Positions 29,452 to 44,146 of a DNA stretch of 64,000 nt are shown piece after piece. Position 1 is the first letter of the stretch. Each line of letters starts with the position of its first letter. The DNA comes from Vermamoeba vermiformis (taxonomy: Eukaryota). The stretch lies in the NCBI GenBank assembly GCA_045837725.1, contig JBEWZL010000184.1:310001-374000 (forward strand). The letters run 5' to 3'. Both the position numbers and the translations under genes were made by a program. The notes under the pieces were generated by a model. It saw only the letters and a program-made list of their open reading frames with translations. It did not search any database and was not told the DNA's origin.

Positions 29452-31029
29452 TTAGAATTCCATTCTATTTACATCGTTCGTATTTACAAGCTCTATTCGT
29501 ATTTCCGCTTCATCGTTAATAATGATTTTCATGCTCGATCCAGATCGCATCATTTCTACAAAGCTTTTAGCGTTCAATAATAGTGAGCGAGCCAACTTCT
29601 CAAAACTTGGTATTCCAGGCATTTTAAGATGTTTGAATATCGTCAGCCAGATCTCCAACGGAAAAATCTCTAAGGTCGAGGATTGTCTTCCCATATTTAG
29701 TAAGACCGTAATTATGTCCAGAACTTGTTGTTTTCTTGCAATATTGTTTCTTTTTAGTGCATCTACTATTCTTTGAGATGGTGAGACTTCAGGAATGAGC
29801 CATTGTGAGCCTCGCAATTTGACTTCCAAAAGTGATCTGTTGACTTGCAACGCCTTTTCCAATAAAGGCAAGCATCCACCAAGGTTGGGATTTCGTGATA
29901 AATCTAAAACTGTCAAGGAGGTGTTGTGCTCGAGTGCGTTGCAAAGTGCTTCGTAGCCAATGGTCGATTCAGTGTCCGTTTGAAGCATCACTCCGCCGCG
30001 ATTAACCGAGGCCAAGAAGCTAAGCAGTGAGTTGTTCCGCTTCAGAGCTTTACTTAGCTCGGCAAGCCCTAGTGCTGTAATGTCATTCACAGCGATATCT
30101 AGCTCTTGTAAGCTCGTGCAATGGTCCAAAATAGTGCTCAAATGAATGCAGCCTTCGTCACGGATCTCGTTGTTGTAGATGACTAAATGCTTCAAAGTAT
30201 TGTTTCCACGTAATGATTCAGCTAAATACTTCATTGATTCCGAGCCTAAGTTGTTCGTGGCCAGATCCAGTGAAGTCAACGAAGTGTTCTCTTTGAGGAT
30301 ACTCGAGATATATTTGCAGCCTTCTACTGAGATCAAATTGCCCACCAAAGACAAGTACTTGATAGTCTTATGCTGTTTTAATGCTTCGCTGAGGTATATG
30401 CATCCTTCAACTCCGAAATCATTGCACATAAGATCCAGGGTCGTGAGAGAATTATTGCGCTTGAGTCCTTCGCTGAGTAGTTGGACATCTTTGCAGGTCA
30501 GCTTCGTGTCAAAAAATGCTAATTTTGTGATGACGGCGCCGGGTCTTGTCAAAACCTTGTAAAGACACGTGATTTTTTCGTGCAGGTTCGTTGTGGAAAT
30601 TTCGATTTTTCGCAGGTGGAGATTATCTTGCAATGCTCGCGCGATGTATTTATATTGTTCATTCGTGATGGTGTAATTCAAAACTATCGAGTCAATACCT
30701 CGAGCATTGGTTATTGCATTAGCTAAGTGTTCCAGATCTGCATTTGCAATAGTTCTAAGGTCTTCTAATTCAAGTTCGCCACCACGGACCGTAAGAATTG
30801 GAGATAATCGTTTTTTCACTTCTTCAGACGGGAAATCAAACTAAATATAATTAATATGACGTATTGAAGCTTATTAATTATGACAGAAAATTTTGCAATT
30901 ATTTTTTCATTTAGTGGCAATGACTTTTCACCAAAATAGGGTCCTAACATCAATATAATTCTAAAATTAAATAAAAATAAATTTTAAAATTGTGGGAGAC
31001 GTGTGACTTACGTGTTGCCGATCTGTCAT
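29452..31029 (-). CDS. NLRC3-like RNI LRR protein with C-terminal F-box-like motif
   Basis: Micro-exon MTDRQH (31029-31012) plus long exon; regular 28-aa repeats (LKRNNSLTTLDLMCNDFG); IFPLEIWLTIFKHL near the C-terminus. Confidence 0.85.
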
Positions 31030-31509
31030 ATTGAGGGTTTAGTAGCGCCAAGTTTCGTGGTAGTGGTAATATTAAGTCAACAACCAATCAATACATATTG
31101 TAACAAGCAAAAAAGGGTCGTGTTGTGTTTAATTGCGCGATGTTCAAAAAGAATTTAAAACACATTGGCATCCTACTCAGACAACAGGTTACTAATAAGT
31201 GTTGATAACCTCAAAAATTCGTACATAGACATGGTAGTGGATTGGTCGTCGAAAAAGATTACTGGCGCTTCGAGTTCGGACCAAATCTGAAAGTTCCAGG
31301 CTACTCTCGATCTGAAAGCGCAAGGCCTACTTCTGCCACATTTCCAAGTATCACGAAGCGTATATGATGTACAAGCTAGCATTCACCCCCTAAATTTCTC
31401 GGATCTTTCTCGGGTCAATCAGGGCTCTCCAACATAAACACGAAAATTAGGCCTGTAACCATCAGAAGTTATTTTTGTATTCCATTTTTATCATAGTAAC
31501 AGATTAACG

Positions 31510-33788
<2,279 letters not shown>

Positions 33789-33937
33789 GCTGAAATTTTG
33801 TCTTGAGCTCCTTAGTAATATTTCTTCAATATTACTAACCTAAGGGCTATATTATTTAATTTGTTCAATTATCGAAATAAACTGACCGCGTTGAAAAAAA
33901 TGGATGGAGCTTTTTTTTTTGTTTGAGTCGTTTATTT

Positions 33938-35355
33938 TTAGTAGAAAATTGTCCTTGTCTTATGAATAGGAATATGTTTCATAGCTTGCGATTGAGCTTT
34001 AGCATAAGTCCACAGATAAAAGTCAATTACAATCGCGTTGACTGGATCTGTAATTTCGGATCCCTTCATTTTCTCGATCATCTTCTGTTTAACGAGCTAA
34101 GCACGAAAAATGAATAAATATTATTTAATACGATTATATTAGCGTTAACTTACCTCGACCGACCATATAGAATTGCCTCTAATTTCAATTTCAATCGGAT
34201 CTTTTGCGGGCAAGTACGGATCTTCTCGCAACCTAGCCAACAACTCCGACGAATATTCAATAGCTCCGAAGTATGCAAGTACTTGAGGTACCCTGGTATG
34301 AATATTAAATATTATAGTCGTATGATTTTGATGCTTAGATGCTCGTACCTGTAGTCCGCAAACATGGTGATCGCATCGATGTCGTTAAATTCACCGTAAC
34401 TTTTTCCTTCAAAACAGGCCCATATATCTGCCACTAATATTTGCACTCGCTTATAAATTTGTACTAAATAAAGAAAAATAAGTATTAGTAGACATATCGA
34501 ATCGACATTTTGAATTTTGTTCGTACCTTTTTGACCGTGGAATTCAGCTTCATCATTGTACGATGTAAAATTATTGACCATAATCTCCATTAAATTTTGC
34601 GCGCTTTTTTGTGCTTGAGCAATAATATTTGAAATTCGTCCGTTGAACTTTTCCATCACAACTTTGCCTGCTTCCTAATATACGCATATCATATTAATAA
34701 CTAATAGTAGAATCTATTTAAGATGTTCTTACGTGTAGCACCGCTAATCGCTCTTCGAATTGTGGAACTTGTTTGTTGGTGCTGGATCTGAAAATGTGAG
34801 CGAGTTGTTCCTCAGTCATATCGCGCCAATAAGAAGGTGATAGTATAGGTATGTGCTCGTCGACGGCTCGGTTGATGGCTGCGCAAAGAGACCAATATCC
34901 AGTGTAGTCTTTGTTTCTATAAGTCACTGTAAAGAGCTCCTCTGAATCGGACCAAAAACAAAAATTCAACGTGTCCACGAGAAAAATCCTGCAATAAAAT
35001 TAGCAAAATAATTCGTGCTAAATAATATAACATTAATACCAATTGAGTGCTTGTTCGGTCATTTGTTTTGGTGTTAATTCCTCTTGTTTCCATATTTGTA
35101 ACGAAAATCCTCCTTTTTTATATTCTTCGATTAACTGGCAAATATTAATTAGAAAATGTGTGCGAGGTCGCGTGTATTTACTACAAATATTTTGCATTTA
35201 TTTCGAATTTTTAATAATTATTTTGATATTTTTCTCAAATCGAAGCTTACCTTGTCTGCCAGCTTGTCTATGGCATCAAGATTTACAGAAACATATTTAC
35301 TGTGCTCAGAAATAAATTTGGCAGAGTCTACAACGGGGTGGGTTGTGGTCGACAT
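33938..35355 (-). CDS. QNG1: Queuosine 5'-phosphate N-glycosylase / queuosine salvage protein (DUF2419)
   Basis: DTLNFCFW, YTGYWSLCAAINRA, YKRVQILVADIWACF, ITMFADYRVPQVL, EIEIRG, DFYLW, PIHKTRTIFY*. Confidence 0.93.
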
Positions 35356-35481
35356 GTTGGATCGAGATCTGTTTTTTGCCTCGGAACTTTTCGAGGAATT
35401 TCTCGGCTTCGTATCATTTTGCTACATGGACGAATATGAACAAAAATAGGTGACAAACATATATTATAGATAAACACCCAA

Positions 35482-38400
35482 ATGGCAGCGGTGGACCCGA
35501 AGCAAGTAAGCAGCAAAACGCAGATCAGAATTTATTATTCTGTGTCGCGATAAGGACTGAATAATTTCGTTAAATTATTATTGTGTTATATATACGAAAG
35601 GAAAAATAGCTACAATGTTATTACAGCGAGTCTAATTTAGATTTTCGGATCTTGAAAAGTGCGCACTTTTTCTAACTGCGTGCTATTAATTTAATATCCG
35701 TTTAATTCAATACAAAATTATACTAATAATTTTTGTAGCTCGAGCTATGGATAAAAGAAGTTCATAGCGTTTGTCCACACGTTCCCAAAGATGCGATAAA
35801 ACAGGATCTCATAAAGACGAAATCAGCTGAGCAAACAATTAACAGGATATTTGATGGTGCTATAGTAAGTAATAATTATTATTAATATTACGTATTTTTG
35901 TGGCTCACGCTCTGGATTCAGGATCTCGTTACAAACAACGAAGAAGCGCTGACAGATGAAATACCAGAAGAGGCTTATGACCCTTCTATAAGCACTCAAC
36001 TTATTATAAGTCCTAATAATAAGCATAAAGATGAGTTATTAGCGCTATCTCTGGCTGTAGCCGAATCCAACGCAGCCACATCCAACAACAAACCTGCGGC
36101 AGGCGTTGTCAAAATTCAGCCAAAATCAAATGCTAAATTCAGTGCCCCTAGAGTAGTTTCAGCGCCTAAAATCAGCGTGGCACCTAAAATACCACCCATA
36201 GCGACGTACATTGACGACGAGACCTTGCTCAACAAAGCTATTCAAGAGTCACTATTGGACTCACCTTCGCCTATTAAACCAATCATAGCTGTCACGCCGA
36301 AGAATCGAGGCAGAAAACCAAAAACGTCCACGATCCAAGTGCCTGCAAATGAACTCCGTGATGCAAATCAGCCAGCTATTACCACGCACTTGACGCCGCA
36401 AAAGCCATCGAGTTCATTGGACTCGAGTGTGAATGTCAGCTACAATCTCGATGATTTGTTGGGGAAGTACACTGGCACGCCGTTGCGAGATCGAAGTGTC
36501 AATGACAGCGTTGACTTTTTGCCGACGAGTATGGGCGACTACGACATGGTTTATTTGAACGATGAAAATCCTAGTGCCCCGGCGTTTCCTAGAACATTTT
36601 CCTCGCCGCCCTCGGTCCGTCCGCCAGTTACGCAAAGCACGCCATCTGCGCCAAATCACACTCAGACGAGATTAACTAAGTCGTCTGGTGCGATACCGGA
36701 GTTTATTTTGGACGATGATGAAGAAGAAATTACATTGAAAAGGAATAGTAAAAAGAATACGGCAGTGAGGAAGTTGAATATACCGCAAGATATGGATCTG
36801 GATGACAGCGTGATAGATCTGACCGAAAATGTAAATATGGAAGAAATAGTGCAAACAGCTATGGCTAAATCACGTATTAATCCCTCGACTATGGCTAAAG
36901 ATACTAACACTCAGCCCGTTGAAATCAATGACTCGCAAGAAGATGTTATTATGGCCGTTGATTATGACGAACCTAGGCGGAATAATAACAATAATAATAA
37001 TAGCAATGATAATAATGTGAATAGAGTTAATGATAGTTATTTTGACTATGTGCCTGATGAAATGGGAGTCGATGATTATGAGACCTATAATGTAAATAAC
37101 TCAGATGATAATATCACCAACAATAATACCAATATGCTCGTATCATCATCGACTAGTATAAGAAAGTCAGTTGAATCGACAAAGAGTGTCTCTAGTGATG
37201 CTACAGCTGCAGCAAATTCGAAGAAAAACTCAACGAGCACGAAGAGCAAAGAAAAATCACCGAATGGCAAGAGCACTGCAAAGAAGAAAAATGATAAACA
37301 AGCACTTGAAGAGCTCACAGTGCTTATTGATCGGAGGTTACTTGAACAGGTTCGCACATTTTCACTGAAATCTGCAAAGATAAATTTTCGTTCATGAACG
37401 ATGAGATTTGATCTCGGCGATGTGTACTAATTAGGCTATTTATTATAGGCCGGTGGTGCTGATGTTTTAGCATTCTTGCAAAAGAATAATTGCAAAACAC
37501 AAATACAGTAAGCAGAATAAGTACAGTTTTCGGATGTGCAGTTGTGTTAACTGGATCTGCTTAGGGACCTAAAATTAGCAAATACTATTTTCTGGAGAAG
37601 AAAGAATAAGAATGAAGAGACAGGTATTGAAGAAGAATACGAAGAAAAATTTTGTTTGGTCAAAGTTAGCGCAACGGATCTAGCAACTTTGATCTCGAAG
37701 GACATGCTTATCAAACACTACGATATGCTTAAGACCAGCTATCCTAATTATAGAATAACATATATTATAGAAGTAAGTATCATACAGACTTAACTATTGC
37801 AAGCGAGATCTAACTTTTCGGATCAGGGTCTGGAGACGTATTTGAAGGACTCAGTCAAGGCTACTAGTGCTTCAATGCGTAATATAGTCCTATCAATGAG
37901 TGATAGCCAGGTCCCTACAGCGATGTCAACTACTGCCAGGAAGAAAAAAGATGACTCAGAGTGGCGGCTGATGCGCAAAGACTTCGATGAAGCGTTGCTG
38001 GTGTTGCAAATTGAAAAAGGTTGCAGCATTAGAAAAACATTTGATGCAAATGAAACTGCAGATACTGTATATAGATTCACTTCTTCAATAGCCCAAATAC
38101 CTTACAAGTAAGTTACGGATGTGGATCCGCAATTTTGACATCTGGATCTAACTTGGTTATTTTATTCTTAGAAAACAAGAGCCGGCATTCGAAACATTTT
38201 GTGCTGAAAGCGCTATGGGCGGAAGAAAATCTGCAAAGACTATTTATGAGGCCTGGATCGCACAACTGGAACAGATCAACTCGGTCAGCAAACAAGTACG
38301 TTACACTTGACTCTACTGGTTCTAATAATATACTAACGGATGATAGATTGCCGAGGCCATTGCTAAGAAGTATCCTACACTAAGATCTTTAGTGAATATG

Positions 38401-38617
38401 TATTTGGCTGATGGAATGACTGAACGTAAGTAGCGCATCTGGATCTGCTTAAGGAATTAAGTTCTAACAAATAGTTAAAGGCGAAAAGAAGCTTTTATTA
38501 GCCGACATTAGGATAGAGAGCTATGGTGGTGCGCCAGGACGTAAAGTCGGACCTGCGATCTCGGAGAAGGTCTACCGTGTATTTGTAGAAACTAACGGAT
38601 CTGTAAAAATCAACTAA
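35482..38617 (+). CDS. EME1: EME1/Mms4-like crossover-junction endonuclease subunit with N-terminal CUE-like and UIM-like motifs
   Basis: C-terminal inactive ERCC4-type domain (ELTVLID, TIFWRR, YIIEGLETY, FTSSIAQIPYK) and HhH region (WIAQLEQINSVS, IAKKYPTLRSL, RKVGPAISEKVY). N-terminal VHSVCPHVP..IKQDL..TKS.EQTINRIFD. Confidence 0.8.
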
Positions 38618-38768
38618 ATTTTTAAAGCCAAAATTTGGCAAGCTTTTGGTCCACCAAATTACGAATTCATTAACTAGCAGATAATGTTACTTTCAAGGTA
38701 GCAATGGAATTGAATCGTGGATTTGACAATGAAAATTTATTTACAAGCTAATTTACAAACAGTTGTTG

Positions 38769-39475
38769 CTATTCACGCTCCATACCATAAAGGGCAGTAT
38801 GCAGTTTTACTTTAGCGGCTTCATTTCTATCCCGCTGAATGATTTTGCCGGTCGATCCTTTCGTTTTCTGTGGATGTGACTGGCAACGTACTGGGCTGAC
38901 AATAGAAACACCTGAAGTATATTGTAGCTTCTTCTTTTCTATTTTGCTCCATTGCCGATGCGGATTCGGATTGGCATTTCCGCATGAAACGCGTGACTGC
39001 CAGTTTTGAAGTGTATTAGGAGAACTCATACTATGGTCAATAAATTTGGGTACTTTATAATGGTTGAAATGCGTTCCAGTTGGGCTTGGTGCTTCGTTTG
39101 ATGGGCTACATCTGGATAAAATTCTGATTTTGTATTGCTTTCGTCTTTTAGCTCTACTCGCAAGGATAAAGATTAACTTAATTTTAATTACAATTATAAC
39201 GTTATTTATATATATCTTACCTGCCAGTTTTTGGTTTCTTCTTCTCCGGATTAGTTCGTGATTTTGTGCTATCTGTGAACCACTTCACTCTTCCGGCACG
39301 GTGACCAGTATACCTTCTCAACCGCATGGTCTTGATGCTGAATCTGTTAAGTAGAAACAAAGATATCGCGTGTCACTATCAATTTTGATGTTTCCAGTCT
39401 TATTCTCAGATCTAAATTACAGTAACCGAACCTAGATCGGGACAAGAAATGTGTGCACTTCTTTTTCGATGGCAT
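38769..39475 (-). CDS. Basic, probably disordered hypothetical protein (3 exons)
   Basis: ATG 39475 MPSKKKCTHFLSRS; two phase-2 GT-AG introns join in frame to ORF 38769-39029. No known motif. Confidence 0.4.
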
Positions 39476-39565
39476 ATTATGTTTACAATAATGATTACAA
39501 TAAATACAACGAATCTATCGGAAAGAATTTAATCCTGAAGGATCAAACGGATTCAGTACGGTATC

Positions 39566-42254
39566 CTACTTGCCGAGCAACTTGGCGAAAAATCCCTTCT
39601 TCTTCACTTTTTCTTCCTCGCTAGCGGTGTTATCTGCAACCTTCTCATCGAATGGATTTGAAATTTTTCGAGGCATTGGTGGAGGCATGCCCATCATTCT
39701 CGGTCTGAAAGGTTCATTTCGATCGCGCAACTTGAACATACTCACACATCGACCCTTTTCAGCATACGATCGCAACGTTGCCTCGTCATCAACTGCCATA
39801 TGATATTAGTACTATTGTTATAGGTCCCGAGTACTACGAGTACATACCTCTGTAGACTGTTTTGTTGCACTTGTCGCAGTGTCGTTCGTTCTGATTTCCA
39901 CCGTCTGGCAATTCACTCCATTTCAACGGGCACAAGAACTCAAAGTCGCAGTTTTCTAAAACACAAAAATCATTAGTATAATCAATAACAATAAGACTCA
40001 TAAATTGGAGTATTCAAACTCTGACCGACTCACAAGCCAATTTTTTTTGCTCGATCCAAGTCAAGAGTGAAATTTCATAAAGTTGAGATCGGACTTTTGA
40101 GCTCGAATAAGAGCACTTACCGATGATCTTGTTCTTATTTACATCATCATCATCGTCCCACAAACTCTTGTGAACCTTGTCCACGGCAAATCTTCGCTTG
40201 TACAAAGTGTACCACGACTTCAACTTCAATTTGCTGTTCTGCAAGGGCCATTTTTGCATGAACAACGGCTGCCACACGGCGTTATGCACAGCTTGCTCTG
40301 CAAAGATCTTGGATATCTAAAATAGGCAAAACGGGTCAGAATTCGATTCTCACTGTAAACTTTGCAAATATTTTTCTGACCAGTCGGTGCTCGAGGGCAA
40401 CTTCGGGCAATGTGGCCGCATAAGACAAGCACGTGGCGATGAGTTCTGGCGGAATTTTACTCAAACGATCTTCACAGTCATCGCGGTAGTTAGGAATGCT
40501 GGTCGGATCGAACAAGAACGGGCCTTTGAAATTCACACTGAATTGCACCGCTGATTTCTTGCTGAACGACGCGCCTGGGAAAACATCCATGCCTTTGTGC
40601 ACCAATCCTGGGAAAAATTCTAAAAATAGAAAAACGGTCAGAAAAAAACTTACTGTCTAGCTCTAACGGTTCGGTGAACGGTACGCACCGAGCATTTTTC
40701 CATTTTTGGTAAAGAACAATCGTCGTTGTTTGAAACTGTCGTACAAAATTCCAACACCGATCGTATCATCGTCTGTAAAAATAATTTCCTTATTAGTACA
40801 TCGGTCCTGTACGCAATATTATAACAGTAATTACATACCCTTGAAAGTAGGAAGATATTTTTTCTTCTCATCAGCACCGCGTTGGCACACCTATCAAGCA
40901 AAGTTAGATCAGCCACATCCGTGTTAGAATTCTAAGAATTTTCGTCTAACGTACAGATCCGTCATTGAAATATCCAAAGCTGTTCTGCTGATAGCCCAGC
41001 ATTTGATTTCCAACATGAATTTTGTTGCCAATGCCGACGCCGACCTTCTCATTAAGGTCAAAGTTTTTGAACGTGAATTCGCAGTAAGCGTGTGGCACAG
41101 GCTCAGTTTCTATTTTTGACAAGTCCCACGATCGATCGGTAATGATGCTGCAAGCTTTGCTAAGTTTGCTCGAGTTGTTGACCAAAAAGTCCTTGTCGTG
41201 CTGGACTTTCATCGCACCTTTGAACAGTTCGTAGTTCAACTTCATCTCGCCGTTGTCGTTGCCGAGATTTTCCGCTTTGAGATATTCCGCTGCACATTTC
41301 TCGCACTCGTCGTAATTGCACTCGGCACAATGGAACACGATTCCAGTGCTAGGGTTACTGCACTTATCACAACGGAAATTTCCGTCGTAACCGCTCTCAA
41401 ACCACGTGACACCTTCAGCCTTTTCAAACTGCAAGAGGTTGTGCTCGTGGTTCGGAGATTTCACGAACGGAACGCTGAGAACATTTTTGAAGCCGTCCTC
41501 ACATTTGCTGCATATTTTGTAATTGCAGAACTCGCAAATAGCACCTATTAATTTAATTATTAATAATTATTAATAATTTTTAATTTTTTGTCTTTACGCG
41601 GACGTACCTCCGTATTCATAGTCTCTGCGACAATTATCGCAGTTAAATTTGTCGTCTTTGCATACGATTTGAGATGCAAGAGGTTCTCCGCTTTGATATT
41701 TGACTACGTAGTGAGGCACGTAATAAGTTAGCGGATGTGGATGCTTGTTCTGATGCGCATGACGAACTCTTTCGAGATTGATCGCGTGCATCCATTCTTG
41801 AGCTTCCTAATATATATATGAATTATTTTTAGTATTTTTCAGGTAATTTATTAATGTAGGCAAGACTGTCGTCAGATTTACCTTTGGAGTTGGAAGAGCG
41901 AACAAAGGTCCACCGGCAAATTTCGATTCCTCATCGATCGTATTTACCACAAAGATATTAGGAAAATTCGCAGCGACTGAGGGAGACGCAGTAACATAGG
42001 GAGCCAGAATAATTTTCTCGAGAGTTGCTAACACCAACTAAAAATAAATTAATTTAGGATCTGACCGTTACAGCATGCAATAATTATTTAATTATTTTCG
42101 TAATTACCTTTTTATTGTCGGATACTTCTAAAACTCCTCCCGAGAAAAGCTTCAAATGTGCGTCGATCCATTTTCCATCTCCGGGACGATGATAATGGTC
42201 GTCGCATTTCTTAAGATATTTAACGTCCCCTTCCTTGATAGCACTTTTAAACAT
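39566..42254 (-). CDS. PH + 2x Cys/His zinc finger (DC1/ZZ-like) + SPRY + F-box + C-terminal Cys-rich domain
   Basis: PH ends EAQEWMHAIN; HPHPL..CDNC..CEFC..CSKC and HEHNL..CDKC..HCAECNYDECEKC; SPRY VGVG..LGY..SFGY..DG, DTIGVG, FFTKNG; F-box LSKIPPELIATCLSY; CPLKW..RHCDKC..GRCV. Confidence 0.8.
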
Positions 42255-42432
42255 GTTGTGGTGTGTTGTAGATATTAAAAATTGTTAAAGGTCTTTTGGG
42301 CAGCGAGAAATTGCCGTCTTGGGAAAGTTCATATTGGGGAGATTTACGCGAGATTAAAAACCGTTGACTTAATTAAGCGTGTGTAGCAACTATTTTCACT
42401 AGCCTTCGCGAAGATCATAGCACAAGCAAGCT

Positions 42433-44013
42433 ATGGACTTACGAAAATTAGCAGCTTTGCTTCTTCTCGTTGGTATTGCAGCTGCGGATGTTCTTCCGGT
42501 GAGTAATTTAGTCGCGTAGCTGTCGCAAATTACGCCTAAAAGTAGCGTCATTATTTTATACTAATATTTTAGTATTGTGCAGATCCTTCCCTCAAAGCTG
42601 AACTCGGATTCAGGAGGTTACTATTGGAACCTTGAATGGGCACCAATGTCCGGTGGCGGTGATTATGCTCTCACTTTTGTAGATGATTTTTCAGTGAAAC
42701 AAATCCGCGTCTTCAAAAGAAACGAAGTTGGTTTCTATGATCACGTTGCAAACAAATCCACCAACTTCGACGTTAAAGATCTGAGTACTGACGGTAGATT
42801 CATCACTAGTGAAGAGAAAAATCGAGGCGAAGCTGAAATTTTCGAGTTGGATGCGGGATTCAATGTGATCAACAGCCAAACTGTTCCCTCACCCTTAAAC
42901 TACGGAAAAATATTAGACGATGGAACATTCGTTGCTATTACCGTAGATTCTTTGGTTACTTACGTGTATGAAAATAACAAGTGGGTGCAAAAGGACAACA
43001 CTTCTTACGGCGAAGGAAGAACCCTCATCTACTACGGACAACTCTGGCCTTATCATCTGACGACAAAGACCTTTGCTGGTGTGCATATGGATGGCGAAGG
43101 GGAGTCTTACGTCTTCTTAATGAGACGCAATGACGATCTTTCGTGGACTTTTGTGGATCAGTTCCCCTTCGATCTGAAGGCTTGGACCTCGGCCTACTCG
43201 ACAGTCTGGGACGGTGACGATACTGTTATTATGGGACACCCGGCGGCTACTGACTATGGCAACGGTACTCTCTTCGGCAGAATCACTATCAGAATCAAGG
43301 ACGGTGACCAATGGGTCGTCCAAAAAAACATCACCATGGAAGACTTGGAGGGCTTCACGGCAAAGGGTTATTTGGGCTTCAATCTTCACATGCTTACCAG
43401 GGACAGCGTTCTCGTGACAGTACCCGATGACGGCGTGACTGACTCTGACTCCATCGGAGGTGCTGTTTTGTTGTTGACACGCAACGCAGCCCGCGAGTGG
43501 ACTCCTGTAGGACAGTTCAGAGGCGATCCTGATATTGGTCATATGGGCATTCAAGCACGACAAAACGACCGCGACATCCTGATCTTGAACATTGGTGCTC
43601 TGGGTGGTGTCACTAGCAACATCTTCACTTACGCGCCTTCGTGCTCTATCAATATCCAGCAGCCCGTTTGCAACGACACTGTTATCTACATACCCCATGA
43701 GCAGTGCGCTAGCGACACACCTCCTAGCGGCTACAAAGCCCAAGACTTCTATCAACTACAGCCCAACGATTGCAAAGAAGAGTTACTCGTATCGGATGCA
43801 TTCGTGAAGCGAAGCGATGGTTTTGTATGGACTATTACCTTCACCAGAAGCGATACTATCGTGTATGCGTGCAGAGTCAAGTTTCAATGTTCTCCTCCAG
43901 TGCCACCAAGCGCTCATGCTCCGGGATCCAAAGGACCTCAAGGCAAGTTAAGTGCTGCTAGTTCGCTTTATGCTCTCGGCGGCATCATTTCATTGCTATT
44001 CCTATTGTTCTAA
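42433..44013 (+). CDS. Secreted, probably GPI-anchored beta-propeller (FG-GAP-like) surface protein
   Basis: Signal exon MDLRKLAALLLLVGIAAA; repeats resembling FG-GAP (TVIMGHP, GYLG..SVLVTVP, GGAVLL); Cys-rich module; Pro-rich linker; hydrophobic tail LYALGGIISLLFLLF. Confidence 0.7.
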
Positions 44014-44146
44014 GCTTGTTAATAAAAGCTACATTTGAACGCAAACATTACCTTACTCGTCGGATCCACCAGGACGATTTGAGCCACAACGATGAAGAAT
44101 TCTATATAGTCATGTGTACATATTAACAGTTACCTAGTTTATTGAA

